Below, piece after piece: positions 19,879-30,702 of a DNA stretch of 64,000 bases; the stretch's first letter is position 1, and every line of letters begins with the position of its first letter. The notes below the pieces were generated by a model. The model saw nothing but the letters and a program-made list of their open reading frames with translations. It was not told the origin of the DNA and searched no databases. This DNA comes from a virus. Lineage: Duplodnaviria; Caudoviricetes. Made by a program: the position numbers and the translations under genes. Where the stretch lies: positions 38,277-102,276 of the IMG/VR virus record IMGVR_UViG_3300027986_000008. One strand, 5' to 3'.

Positions 19879-20616
19879 ATGAGCTTCATAACCGGCAAGA
19901 CTCCGAAGCAACAAATTTTCGCCACGAGTGGCACGTTCATTCCCTCGACGGCTCTCCTGATCAATTCTCAGGGTTGGATAGAGGTAACGGTCGTAGGAGG
20001 AGGAGGAGGAGGAGGAGGAGCGAGCGGCTCGTTTCCCGGAGGAGGAGGCGGCGGTGGACAGTACTCTCGCAAGAAGGTCCAGATAGCCGGAAATATCACC
20101 GTCACGATCGGTGCCGGAGGAGCCGGAGGAACTGGAGGGGGATCTACACCGACTGCAACTCAGGGAACTCAGGGCGGCACGAGTTCGTTCGGAGCCTTCG
20201 TCTCGTCCACCGGAGGTTTTCCGGGAAGCGCTGCCACCAATAGTCCGTCAGTCCTCAACGGTGCTGGCGGAAACTGCGGAGACGGAAGCGGCGGGCTGAT
20301 CTGCCCCGGAGCTTCAGGAGGAGCGGTTTCCGGTGGTGGAGGAGGAGCCGGAGGAGCCGCCTCAACTCCCATCGGTAACGTCGGATCTGCGGGAGGTCCT
20401 GGAATAGCCGGAGTCGCTGGAGGAGGAGGCGGAGGAGCCGGAGCAGCCCCCGGTCCTGGAAGCTCGGGAGGCGGCGGCGGAGGTGCTAACAGCCTCTCGG
20501 GCGGAACCAACGCCAATCCTAATAGCGGTTCCGGCGGAGGAGGAGCCGGAGGGCCAGGGACCGCGAACGGAGGAAGCGGAGGAAGCGGCGTGGTTATCAT
20601 CGATTGGTGGGAGTGA
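19879..20616 (+). CDS. glycine-rich tail fibre-associated protein
   Basis: F.TSGTF.P..V.VVGGGGGG ... GGSGGSGVVII.W. Confidence 0.75.
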   Translation: MSFITGKTPKQQIFATSGTFIPSTALLINSQGWIEVTVVGGGGGGGGASGSFPGGGGGGGQYSRKKVQIAGNITVTIGAGGAGGTGGGSTPTATQGTQGGTSSFGAFVSSTGGFPGSAATNSPSVLNGAGGNCGDGSGGLICPGASGGAVSGGGGGAGGAASTPIGNVGSAGGPGIAGVAGGGGGGAGAAPGPGSSGGGGGGANSLSGGTNANPNSGSGGGGAGGPGTANGGSGGSGVVIIDWWE

Positions 20617-20618
20617 CG

Positions 20619-20777
20619 ATGTACGCCATAATTCAGAATGGAGAAGTCGAGAACGTTATCGTAGCTGCTAGCATAGTAGCCGGAGAATTATATCCGGGAT
20701 CAGTCAGGATCGATGATTTGAATCCGATTCCTGGAATTGGATGGACGTATTCGGGCGGAACTTTCTCTCCGCCTTAA
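20619..20777 (+). CDS. small tail-fibre chaperone-like protein (52 aa, not in ORF track)
   Basis: Translated by hand: MYAIIQNGEVENVIV...PGIGWTYSGGTFSPP*. Confidence 0.7.
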   Translation: MYAIIQNGEVENVIVAASIVAGELYPGSVRIDDLNPIPGIGWTYSGGTFSPP

Positions 20778-20817
20778 GGGACCTTTCCCACCTTTGATTT
20801 AAAAAAGGAACGTGAAC

Positions 20818-23664
20818 ATGAAACGCTCTTTAGGGTTATGGGTTCTATTTGCGCTTTCGTTGCCTCTGTTCTCTCAGCCGATTCAGCAACAGGTATTCCA
20901 GGAGACAGACGCCCCGAAGCTCTCTCCTTCTCAGGGCTTCTCAATTTGCTGGTTCGACAACGCTGATCACCAATTCGAGTGCATAAATTGGGCAGGGACC
21001 GTCGTTAAGCTCGGTTCTGGGTATTCTTACGTGGGAACCTTTGCGGAGCGTCCTACGAGTCCCGCAACCAACTCTACGGCGCTGTTTACGGACGCAACCG
21101 TCACTGGAGCTTGTCCTCCGACCGGCGGAGGGTCGAATTTCTCGATCTGTGCATGGAGCGGATCGGCTTGGGTTCAGGTGGCTTCCGGATCTTCGTCGGG
21201 ATCAGCGAACGTAACGGCTACTTGCAACGGAACGACGACGTCATGTGCTGTTACGATCTCGTCTCTTAACTTGACGGTGTTTGATCCTGCTCTAGCTCAG
21301 TGCCATACCGGATCGGCCTTCGTTCCGCTTACAGGGTACTCTACTACTGGATCGTCTCCTATAACGAGCGTTGCGTTAACCTACAGCAGCACGGTGGGCC
21401 CGGTAATCTGCGCCGTCAACAGTAGCGGCGCGACAGGTCCTGCTGGTGCCGCTGGTGCCACTGGAGCGGCCGGACCGACAGGAGCAACGGGCGCTACCGG
21501 CGCGACTGGCCCAGCTGGTCCTACCGGAGCAACGGGAGTCGCCGGTCCTACGGGCGCAACAGGCTCAGCGGGCACGGCTGGACCTACCGGCGCAACTGGC
21601 GCGACCGGACCTGCTGGAGCCACAGGACCAGCAGGACCAACCGGAGCGACGGGAGCTACCGGAGCAACTGGCGCGACTGGGCCTGCGGGGTCAAGCGCAT
21701 TTAGTGCTCTGACGAGTTCTACGAACACGACGGCCGCAATGGTTGTTGGCTCCGGAGCCTCACTGGCCACTTCCGGAACAGGATCAATCACGGCAAGCGC
21801 TGCCGTCACAAGTATTCCTCTGACCACTCCTAAGATCACTACCGGTATCACGGACGCGAACGGGAATGTGTTCGTGGCGACATCTTCTACCGCGTCGGCG
21901 GTTGATTCAATCACCGTCACGAATGCAGCGACGGCGAACCCGGCGACGGTGGCAGTGAGCGCAACGGGGTCGGATTCGAACATTAACCTAAACATTGTTT
22001 CCAAGGGAAGCGGTGTGGTGGAGTTGAATGGAACGGCAGTCGGAACTGCGTCCACACAAAATACCGGCACGAGCGGCGCGACGCTCCCATTTCTCAATGG
22101 CGCGAATACCTGGAGCGGTAGAAACACTTATGGCGGCGGTAATCTATTCGCTGCCGGAGTGAACGCGCAGACTGGAACAACCTATACGATTGTGACTACG
22201 GACGAATTCAAGCTCGTCACGTATAGCAATGCTCTGGCAATTGCCGTCACGCTTCCGGTTGCGACCACGGCTGGATTCGGAGCCGGGGCCTTATTCCCGC
22301 AGAAGAACATCGGAGTCGGTACCGTCACGATCACGCCGACTACCAGCACGATCAACGGGAACGCGACGTTGGTTTTGACAACTAACCAGGACGCGACGAT
22401 CTACTCAGATGGGACGAACTATTTCGCGACGGTGGATACCGGAACCGGAAATACAGTGACGGGCGGAACCTGCACCAATCAATTAGCCTCGGCTATCGCG
22501 GCGGTGACGGGAGTGCCTACCTGCTCGACGGTCGTATCAACGATGACTGATTCGTCCATTGCCCATACCGGTGTGGACGTGAACACCTCCTATCAAGTGA
22601 CGGCAACACATTTGGCGGCGGCGCTCCCGATTAACCAAGGCGGTACGGCTACGACTACAGGCGTGGCGGGTGCGATACCGAATTCTTCTACGACTTCGGC
22701 TGCGACCTGGACGGCAACACCAACCCTCGGTGCTTCTGGCACTCTTGGCTCCGTCACGATGGGGAACGCAACGAGCGGACTACTGACTCTGGAGCCTGCA
22801 ACCGGGGCGCTTGGGACCGTTACGGTATCTATTCCAGCCGCTACCGACACGCTGGTCAATCTCGCTGGTACTCAAACTCTCAGCAATAAGACTTTCGTGG
22901 CTCCGGCACTCGGGACTCCCGCAAGCGGCGTAGCAACCAACCTAACTGGGACCGCAAGTGGGTTGACGGCGGGAACCGCAACTAACGTCGCGGGAGGAGC
23001 AGCAGGCGAGATCCATTACCAGACTGGATCAGGAACCACGGGATTCTCTGCGGCGGGGACGGCAAACCAGATCGCACTTTCTGGAGGAACGGGAGCACCA
23101 ACGTTCATCGACTTTCCGGAGCGCTTCTATATACCGGCCGCAAACTGCAACAACACCACGGCAGGTGCAGGATGGTCCATCGGGTCGGGCGGTACAGTCA
23201 CATGCCGCGCCGGAACCAACAATCTTGGCGGGTACATCACAATCACCGATACCTCTTCCACGTTCGCTCAATTTACCCTTACTCTTCCGGAGGATTGGGA
23301 CACAGCCACGCGTCCCTATATTCGGTTCTTCTTTTCGTCCGCGACCGACACGACGAACGGGCACACAGTCATTCCGCAGATCAAGGTATCGTGTCCGACC
23401 GCGGCAGACGGAAGCGTCTCGGACGATGCCACGTTCTCAGCGGCGCAGTCCTCCAGCACGGTGACTTTCGGAGCAAGTGCAGTTGCAAATGGGTTCTATA
23501 ACGGATCTAACGTCCAGATTGGCTCGACGCAAATGACGGGCTGCATTGCGGGCGGTCTGATGATCGTTCAAGTTGGCCGTGCCACGGATACGGCGACCGG
23601 AAACATCAACTTCTACGGCGCTGCCGTGACATTACCACGGTTGCTGGCGGTACAGGCAAACTAA
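20818..23664 (+). CDS. collagen-repeat fibre protein with signal peptide (fibre 2)
   Basis: [20 protein letters not shown]; G-X-Y run; [10 protein letters not shown]...SDGTNY module; [14 protein letters not shown]. Confidence 0.75.
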   Translation: MKRSLGLWVLFALSLPLFSQPIQQQVFQETDAPKLSPSQGFSICWFDNADHQFECINWAGTVVKLGSGYSYVGTFAERPTSPATNSTALFTDATVTGACPPTGGGSNFSICAWSGSAWVQVASGSSSGSANVTATCNGTTTSCAVTISSLNLTVFDPALAQCHTGSAFVPLTGYSTTGSSPITSVALTYSSTVGPVICAVNSSGATGPAGAAGATGAAGPTGATGATGATGPAGPTGATGVAGPTGATGSAGTAGPTGATGATGPAGATGPAGPTGATGATGATGATGPAGSSAFSALTSSTNTTAAMVVGSGASLATSGTGSITASAAVTSIPLTTPKITTGITDANGNVFVATSSTASAVDSITVTNAATANPATVAVSATGSDSNINLNIVSKGSGVVELNGTAVGTASTQNTGTSGATLPFLNGANTWSGRNTYGGGNLFAAGVNAQTGTTYTIVTTDEFKLVTYSNALAIAVTLPVATTAGFGAGALFPQKNIGVGTVTITPTTSTINGNATLVLTTNQDATIYSDGTNYFATVDTGTGNTVTGGTCTNQLASAIAAVTGVPTCSTVVSTMTDSSIAHTGVDVNTSYQVTATHLAAALPINQGGTATTTGVAGAIPNSSTTSAATWTATPTLGASGTLGSVTMGNATSGLLTLEPATGALGTVTVSIPAATDTLVNLAGTQTLSNKTFVAPALGTPASGVATNLTGTASGLTAGTATNVAGGAAGEIHYQTGSGTTGFSAAGTANQIALSGGTGAPTFIDFPERFYIPAANCNNTTAGAGWSIGSGGTVTCRAGTNNLGGYITITDTSSTFAQFTLTLPEDWDTATRPYIRFFFSSATDTTNGHTVIPQIKVSCPTAADGSVSDDATFSAAQSSSTVTFGASAVANGFYNGSNVQIGSTQMTGCIAGGLMIVQVGRATDTATGNINFYGAAVTLPRLLAVQAN
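21427..21690 (+). repeat. collagen-like (Gly-X-Y)n coding repeat
   Basis: GAT/GPA/GPT triplets. Confidence 0.9.
21664..21900 (+). repeat. dispersed repeat, copy 1 (copy 2 at about 25499-25735)
   Basis: Near-identical DNA (gggcctgcggggtcaagcgcatttagtgctctgacgagttc...gacgcgaacgggaatgt). Confidence 0.9.
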
Positions 23665-23666
23665 AG

Positions 23667-25214
23667 ATGAAGCTGAAACTTTTAGCCATTTTGCTCACCG
23701 GGACTTCGTTCGCGTCCGCCACTCCCAGCTGGAGTGCTTATCAAATGCTGCGGGAGTTGCTATCCCCGTTCTTTCCGCAGTGGGTGCCGACTATTCCAGC
23801 TACGTCATCCGCCGCAGCTGGCACATGGACTATCGTTCAAGGCCCAAAGTATTGCACTGTATCTAGCGGTGCAAATAGTTGCACTATCACTCTGGCAAGC
23901 GCCTTGGTCGCGGGAAATTTATACGCCTTGGTTGGTTACGCCAACAACGGAGGATCAGGCGAATCTAAAATATCAAGTCTGTCACCATCGGTCGGAACAC
24001 TTGTAACCGAGGTCGGCTGTACTGGATTCATCCCTGGTGGCGTAAACTTCATGCCGTTGTGCGCTTATGTGCTGCCGTCTGCATCTACAGGTATGGCTGG
24101 AACTTCTCTTACTGTCAACCTGGATAATAACACGGGAGGAGTGGCCACCGAAATATCAATCTGGGAAGTCCACCCAAGCGCCAATGGAGCAAATGTGGCT
24201 CTCGACAATTCAGGCGCTATTGCTTATACGTCCTCTACTACGTCGCAAACCGGCCCATCATTCACGGTATCTGGCACCAACGACGTTTCATTTGTCGGCT
24301 GGGGTCCTGGGACCGCGTACGTCCATATAAGCTCTGTTAGCGCTCCATATAACACCCTCGAACACTTTGAGTCGTCAAATAGCTACTGGGGATCATCGGC
24401 GTCTATATCCACGTCAACTCCTACTTGGACTCCAGTCTCAAGCGTAAATGGGCTACCAGTATCATTTTCCTTCGGCTGGAATCCCACCGCTGGCAAAGAG
24501 GAACAGTTCAATGATTTTGAAGGGGGCACGAGCGGATCAACTGTTACTGCATCGGCAATAACCACATCAGCGCGTGGGTGGCAGGGTTGCACCTACACGC
24601 TAACGGGGACAATAACGTGGAACACGTCGGCCAGTCTTCCTTTGCTAAACACTTCACCTAGGCTATATGGCAATGGCCTCACTTATGCTTCGGGAGCAGG
24701 GACGCTTGGCGTAGTGCAAACCGGGTCTGGCGCATCAACCGCTAACCACATAGATTGCAGCGTTACGTATAGCAACCTACAAAAAGTAAGTGATAGCGTT
24801 AACTTTCAGTCAAGCCTTGCCGTCAATGATTCAACGAGCGTAGATATCTTCTACATCAAAGGTTCGGCAGCAGCGGTAAATTTTATGTTCAAGGGAAATG
24901 GCGCTAACAGGTACGTACAACTTGAATGTAACGATACATCTACGGTCTCCAGTGGTACGGTAACGATTGCTCCAAACACCGAGTATACGCTAGAGATTCT
25001 CTTTGATTCCGCTGGCGGGACTCACAGGGGTCGTGTCTATAGCGCATCTCAGTCTTTGGTCGGAAGTGAGATGACTTGTTCCGCATTATCCAGTAACCGT
25101 TTTGCGGGATGGTCAATTGGAAACACCGGAGCACAAGTCGTTACGAATGGCGCAACTAATTTGTTTGATAGTTTGCAGGTTGATCTTTCTGGAACGTGGC
25201 CGATAATCCAATGA
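23667..25214 (+). CDS. exported two-domain beta protein (partner of fibre 2), atypical composition
   Basis: MKLKLLAILLTGTSFASA signal peptide; lectin/ConA-like C-terminal half; visibly AT-richer codons. Confidence 0.6.
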   Translation: MKLKLLAILLTGTSFASATPSWSAYQMLRELLSPFFPQWVPTIPATSSAAAGTWTIVQGPKYCTVSSGANSCTITLASALVAGNLYALVGYANNGGSGESKISSLSPSVGTLVTEVGCTGFIPGGVNFMPLCAYVLPSASTGMAGTSLTVNLDNNTGGVATEISIWEVHPSANGANVALDNSGAIAYTSSTTSQTGPSFTVSGTNDVSFVGWGPGTAYVHISSVSAPYNTLEHFESSNSYWGSSASISTSTPTWTPVSSVNGLPVSFSFGWNPTAGKEEQFNDFEGGTSGSTVTASAITTSARGWQGCTYTLTGTITWNTSASLPLLNTSPRLYGNGLTYASGAGTLGVVQTGSGASTANHIDCSVTYSNLQKVSDSVNFQSSLAVNDSTSVDIFYIKGSAAAVNFMFKGNGANRYVQLECNDTSTVSSGTVTIAPNTEYTLEILFDSAGGTHRGRVYSASQSLVGSEMTCSALSSNRFAGWSIGNTGAQVVTNGATNLFDSLQVDLSGTWPIIQ

Positions 25215-25234
25215 GAGTGAGACGGACATAATTC

Positions 25235-26925
25235 ATGACCACGCGATATAGCCTCATCGCCGTGCTGTTGTGCGCTGGCGCTCTCCACGCGCAGCCTACG
25301 ACGGTTGAGGTGAAGGATACTGTCTATCGCGCCGTGGATACGAACAGCGGAACCGGAACACATGCCGATTGGAATATCAACCTCGCAGGTAACGTAGGAG
25401 CAACCGGAGCGACAGGAGCGACAGGGCCTTCCGGACCCACAGGACCCGCCGGTCCTACTGGAGCAACGGGCGTTGCTGGACCAACCGGCGCAACCGGCGC
25501 AACTGGCGCGACCGGGCCTGCGGGGTCAAGCGCATTTAGTGCTCTGACGAGTTCCACGAACACGACGGCCGCAATGGTTGTTGGCTCCGGAGCCTCACTG
25601 GCCACCTCCGGAACAGGATCAATCACGGCAAGCGCTGCCGTCACAAGTATTCCTCTGACCACTCCTAAGATCACTACCGGTATCACGGACGCGAACGGGA
25701 ATGTCTTCGTGGCAACGTCTTCTACGGCATCGGCGGTCGACTCGATAACGGTCACGAACGCGGCCACTGCGAATCCCGCCACGGTAACGGTCGCGGCATC
25801 CGGGAGCGATTCCAACATCAACCTCGCGTTGGCCGGTAAAGGAACGGGAGGCGTCCAGGCTCCCTCGCTGACCACCACCGGCTCGACCGCCGGCACCATC
25901 TCGATGACCAACAATGTCACACCGGGAACGGTCGTCGCGAACTCCTGGGGATTCACAGCACCAACCACGATCACGACAAGCTGGTACGGCGAAGCCCCTA
26001 ATGCCAGCCCGGCTGCGAACCAGATCATGCTTTTTCCGGCCCCGACCTCCAACGTGAGCCAGTGGGCATGGACTACATTCGCTAGCACCAATCTCACCGA
26101 CACGGCCAGTCTGCTCTACACCAACCTGAACCGGACGCTGGCAGCAGTGCTGACCATTCCCGGTGGCGATCTATTCAACGGTGGCATCGACGCACAAACC
26201 GGCACCTCCTACACGATGGTCACCGCAGATGAAAACAAACTCCTGACGTTCAACAACGGCAGTGCGGTAGCCGTAACGCTTCCACAGGCAACTACGGCGG
26301 GATTCACGTCAGGTGCATTCTTTACGGTGTTCAATCGAGGGACTGGAGCGGTCACGATCACCCCCACAACCTCGACCATCAATGGCGGATCGACTGCGGT
26401 ACTGAATCAAAACCAGGGCGCGCCTTCATTGTCAGTGACGGCACCAACTATTCGGCCTGGATCAGCGCCGCCCCCTCGGGATCGGGTACGGTAACCAGCG
26501 TCGCCACGACGAGTCCGATCGGGGGCGGGACGATCACTAGCACGGGAACGATTACCTGTACCACCTGCGTGGTTGCAAGCTCTCCCGGCGCGGGTATCGC
26601 TCACTTCGCAGGCTCGACTCAGACCGTTACGAGTTCAACCATCGCCACGGCGGATATTGCTGCCAACGCCGTCACCTCCGCAAAAGAAGCGGTCGTCAAC
26701 ACGCGCCGGGTCTGCGATATGGCAGTCGGCGACGCATCCGGATCAGCGCTTACGAACGGCCAACTTGGTCCTCAGAAGCGCATGTGTTACATCCCAGCGG
26801 CCTCGACCATCGTTGAGATGGATGTGGCGGCGGACGGCGGAACCCCAAACGTGATCGTCGGCAATAATGCGGCGGATATCCCGGGGGGTGGCCGCACAAT
26901 TTCCTGTTTGACGCCGGAGGATTGA
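25235..26925 (+). pseudogene. frameshifted paralogue of fibre 2 (fibre 3) with signal peptide
   Basis: [20 protein letters not shown]; removing an extra GC at about 26419 (GGCGCGCC) restores [13 protein letters not shown] and joins to ORF 26569-26925. Confidence 0.75.
25499..25735 (+). repeat. dispersed repeat, copy 2
   Basis: Matches 21664-21900 with a few synonymous changes. Confidence 0.9.
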
Positions 26926-27812
26926 GCAATGGCGCAGTCCCCACCAGCGCCACGCTCGAAAGTAGTTCACATTGTTCCGTTAGTGGGCCCGCGCAGTTTC
27001 AGCCGACTTATGTTGCGGGATCGGGCGGGGATGTAATGGAGGGAGCCAATTCCCCCACCATCGTGTTTCCCGCGAATGCGACGGCCTGTAATTCCGGATA
27101 TTCCGGTAATACTGGCCTGACGCTTCGCCATCATGTGGCAAGCACGGTTACGACGCCAACAGCGTTTGTCAATCTCAATTTCCAGACCACTTATGCGTCT
27201 GGTGTCTCATTCGGAATGTATTGGCAGAAGAACGCTGGGGGAGTTCCGCACCAGGGATTCGACGCCCTGCGCTTTCAGGGAGGAAACGGCGGCGGAACAA
27301 ATACTGGACCGGCATTCACGCAATGTTGGGATAACGTGCGTGGAGTTTGCCAAGCTACCGGCGGCACGACTTACAACGAGTTGTGCATGGAGGTTACCCC
27401 TCTCAGCGGGCCAGCCTCCAACGCGGGATGCTTCGATTACACTGATGGAGTCTGGTACTGGTTCACTGTGGACTGGACTACGACCGGAGCGGACGCCTGC
27501 TTCTATAACGTCGATCAGACTACGGGAGCGCTTGGTAGCCAAGTGATCGCGCATCTACCGAATGGCACGACTTCATCTTGCGTTAACTCCACCGCGCAGG
27601 CACCATTTGGGCCAGGGGGCTTCGCAACGCTGGTTTTAGGCGCAGTAGGGGCCGCACCTCCCACCGTCACCGCCGATACGTATTACAGTAATGTTTTGAT
27701 GGATTGGATTGATAGTGAGTTCCCACTATTGCCGCCATCATCCGCTACTACTACTGGCCCAATGACCGTATCTGGATCTGTCATAGCAGGCGGAAATGTG
27801 ACGATCAAGTAA
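26868..27812 (+). pseudogene. 5'-truncated partner protein of fibre 3
   Basis: Frame open from 26868 without a good start or signal peptide; FLFDAGGLSNGAVPTSATLESS resembles FNDFEGGTSGSTVTASAITTS of 23667-25214. Confidence 0.55.
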
Positions 27813-27856
27813 ACGATATTGTTTAGTTTGATAAACTATAGCTGAGGTTTCCCCTT

Positions 27857-28300
27857 ATGAACGCACAAGACTTCAACGACCGATATTTCGGACCGAATGC
27901 AACGGATCAGCCGTTCCGTTCTGACCTGACCGTCAACTCCATAATCGACCCCGCAGAAGCAGCGGGCACACCGACCCAGACGCCCATCAACCCGCAGTAC
28001 TGCGCTTCGTCTGCGTGCGCGTTCGATCTCGCCGCGCTCCTTTCGGACGTCGGGACCGTCACGGTGTACGAGGATTTCCCCTTCGCTGGATGGCCGACAA
28101 CCAATGACTACATCCAGTCGGGGAAAGTGCCGTGGCTGAAAATCACCGATGCCAACGGCAACGTGATGCAGTACAACGCCGGGCAGCTCGCCGTATTTTT
28201 CACTCACGGATTCAATCCGACGCTCGCGGGATCGCTGCTTCACAATAGCGTCCAGGCAGACCTCGACGCTCTCCAGCAGGCCAAGGAGGCGTCGAACTAA
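27857..28300 (+). CDS. hypothetical protein
   Basis: 147 aa, GAGG RBS, coherent codon usage. Confidence 0.7.
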   Translation: MNAQDFNDRYFGPNATDQPFRSDLTVNSIIDPAEAAGTPTQTPINPQYCASSACAFDLAALLSDVGTVTVYEDFPFAGWPTTNDYIQSGKVPWLKITDANGNVMQYNAGQLAVFFTHGFNPTLAGSLLHNSVQADLDALQQAKEASN

Positions 28301-28409
28301 CGACCTTCCCTCATAAGGGGAAGCCCGCCCGCCGCTTCTATTCACCCCCGTGTGAAGAACGGCGGGCGGATCAATAAATAAGGCTTCCCCTGTTCGGAAA
28401 AGAGCCACT

Positions 28410-28853
28410 ATGCGCCGAAAACTATTCTTTATGCTTCCGGCCCTCCTGCTGCTCGCGGGTTGCGCCAGTAAGAATGTCAGTACCTCCACGCCGACCGCTC
28501 CTACACCACCGCAGTTAATGGTGGAGAACGCCGTTAGCGGTCTCGCCAATGCGGTGAACGGAACCGCCAAGTCTGCCATCGTCGCCCGCGACCAAGGCAA
28601 GTGCAGCCAACAGGATCTCAACGCCATCGACGCGTTTCTCATTCCTGCCGCCAACTTCGGAAAGGCTGTTGACGCCGAGATGAAAACGGCTGACGCTTGG
28701 CCTGTCCAGAAGGCAAAGATTATTACGCTATCCGCGAACGCCGGACTCGCGCAACTCAAGGGTCGCATTAGCCCGACGGCTCAGGCGATTATTACCGCCG
28801 TTGTCGCGGCGGTCAACCAGATTACAACCGCTGTCGGAGGACCGCAGATATGA
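28410..28853 (+). CDS. lipoprotein (possible lysis/spanin-like role)
   Basis: MRRKLFFMLPALLLLAG-C lipobox. Confidence 0.75.
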   Translation: MRRKLFFMLPALLLLAGCASKNVSTSTPTAPTPPQLMVENAVSGLANAVNGTAKSAIVARDQGKCSQQDLNAIDAFLIPAANFGKAVDAEMKTADAWPVQKAKIITLSANAGLAQLKGRISPTAQAIITAVVAAVNQITTAVGGPQI

Positions 28854-29122
28854 GCAGCAACACAAGCGTGATCGGAACCGCCATCGGAACGGCGTTGAGC
28901 GCGGGTGCTGCGTTCAATCCGATAATTGCTATCGCCGCCGCTGCCGAGCCTGCCGTGGTCGGCATCATCAACGCGATCCGCGCGCTCACGAAGAAGTATC
29001 CTTCGCTGACACCGGAACAGATTGCCGCGATGGTTCTCACCATAGCAACGCAGAACGACGCGCTGTTCGACGACGCGCTCGCAACTATTGCCGCCGATAA
29101 GGCGGCTCATCCGGGGACGTAG
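28850..29122 (+). CDS. small hydrophobic protein
   Basis: ATGA-coupled to the lipoprotein gene; Ala/Ile-rich N-terminus. Confidence 0.65.
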   Translation: MSSNTSVIGTAIGTALSAGAAFNPIIAIAAAAEPAVVGIINAIRALTKKYPSLTPEQIAAMVLTIATQNDALFDDALATIAADKAAHPGT

Positions 29123-29138
29123 AAAACTGCTACGAAAC

Positions 29139-29170
29139 TTTCCGGAGGCTGGTCTCACGGCCTCCGGAAA
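29139..29170 (+). terminator. hairpin, possible terminator
   Basis: TTTCCGGAGGC / GCCTCCGGAAA 11-bp stem; weak U-tract. Confidence 0.45.
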
Positions 29171-29236
29171 CGGTTCTTCTGCAAGTAAGTATTCCTTCTC
29201 CTTTCACCATATTCTCTTCCTTCGAGGACATCTAAA

Positions 29237-29629
29237 ATGGATCAGGACATATCTCTCGGCCATCAGGCTGGAATCTCCGTTGCCACGGTATTCATCATCG
29301 ACTGGCTCAAGAAGTCGGCTTGGTTCCCGTGGATCAACAACAATACCGAGACCATCAACAAGATCGTCTCTCTATCCGTCGCGCTCTTCACCGCGGCTGG
29401 CCTGAAGATCGTCTCTCACGAGGGAAGCATATCGGCAGGAGGAATCGTCACGATTGCGGTCCCTCCGATCAGCGTCGTGCTCGATACTATTCTCCACGCA
29501 GCCGGTCAATTTGGAGGGCAGGAGGTTCTTCACAAGCTGTTGGGGAACCACGTGATGAGCAAGGCGATGCTCGATAAGGTGAACGCGATCGAGCAGAGCG
29601 TTAAGAGCATTCAAGGAGAACAGAAATGA
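29237..29629 (+). CDS. holin-like membrane protein
   Basis: 130 aa with 2-3 hydrophobic segments; IDWLKKSAWFPWI; located after the tail genes. Confidence 0.55.
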   Translation: MDQDISLGHQAGISVATVFIIDWLKKSAWFPWINNNTETINKIVSLSVALFTAAGLKIVSHEGSISAGGIVTIAVPPISVVLDTILHAAGQFGGQEVLHKLLGNHVMSKAMLDKVNAIEQSVKSIQGEQK

Positions 29630-29844
29630 AGACGTCGGAACTGATAAGACAACTGCGGTTGAAAATGGCTCACATAGCGGGAGCCGAGGAGCACTTGAAT
29701 GCTCTTCAGGACGTGGCTCCGGCCGACGATCCGACGGCCTCCGATCCTCCGCCTCCCGCGATTCCTCCCGGCGGAGACAGCGAGTGAGTGTAGAAGATGA
29801 TCCGCATCGAAGGTTCGGGAGATTCTGCTACTAGGGGACCGCTC

Positions 29845-30069
29845 ATGGATTGGATCAAGACCGGCGCTATCGTCGTCTCTGTGGCCTCCGGATTAAGGGA
29901 GATCCTTCGCTTCTTCCGGGCATATCGCGCGATGAATCAGCCGCGACCAAATACTCATTACGGCAACGGGGAGATTACGAAAGTCTTCAGGCAGATCGGA
30001 GAGATCCACAAGCGGATCGATCACGTTGTCGCGAGGATTGATTCTATCGAGTCGCGATTATCCACGTGA
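29845..30069 (+). CDS. small membrane protein with coiled-coil tail (holin/XhlA-like)
   Basis: N-terminal hydrophobic segment; C-terminal RIDHVVARIDSIE. Confidence 0.45.
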   Translation: MDWIKTGAIVVSVASGLREILRFFRAYRAMNQPRPNTHYGNGEITKVFRQIGEIHKRIDHVVARIDSIESRLST

Positions 30070-30670
30070 CGATGATCGCGGCTCTTGCTATGTGAAGCCA
30101 CGGATCTGCTGAGTGCCAACTCGCCCACGTCCAGTTCGGGTTAATCGTGAGGAGAGACGGGGCAGCAAAGGTCAAGACGTAGAGGAGTACGAGGGAGATG
30201 TGGCGGCATCCGGCACACCTCAACGTGAACTTTGAGATCGAGGCCATCGCAGCAACTGTGAGAAGCAGAGCTACGGCTGATCCGGTTCTCGCATAGGCTA
30301 CGAAGACGATGACCTCATGGAGCCGGTCCTGGGCCGTCGTAAGCGTAGAGATGGCCGCTCCGAAGGCGATCAGGCTAACGGCACGCGATAGCTGGATCAC
30401 TCTCGGATAGGCTGCGTGGGAGAGGATGGCCTCGACCGTAGCGACTCCCTGAAGGACCGTCATCGGGATGACGAGCGGCATCCATACGGTCTCCTGCCAC
30501 GGAACGTCGGCTCCTCGGAGTGGAGGATCGAGGTTCGGGTGCCAGAGGAAGAGGACCGGGAGCCACGGAATGAGCGAGAAGCACCACGCTGGGCGCCTCC
30601 TCCACCGTCCGGTCGCAAACACCACTATGATCACGAGGACTTGAACGCTTGCCGCGATCGTCGTAACCAT
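30044..30670 (-). CDS. polytopic membrane protein, opposite orientation
   Basis: 208 aa, about 6 hydrophobic helices. Confidence 0.65.
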   Translation of the reverse strand: MVTTIAASVQVLVIIVVFATGRWRRRPAWCFSLIPWLPVLFLWHPNLDPPLRGADVPWQETVWMPLVIPMTVLQGVATVEAILSHAAYPRVIQLSRAVSLIAFGAAISTLTTAQDRLHEVIVFVAYARTGSAVALLLTVAAMASISKFTLRCAGCRHISLVLLYVLTFAAPSLLTINPNWTWASWHSADPWLHIARAAIIVTWIIATR

Positions 30671-30702
30671 TTAACTCAAGCTTAAACTTGGACCTCAAAA
30701 AT

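Noticed and set aside
21664-25735. DGR template/variable repeat or invertible shufflon
   Set aside because: Differences are synonymous and not adenine-specific; repeats are direct; no reverse transcriptase or invertase in the window
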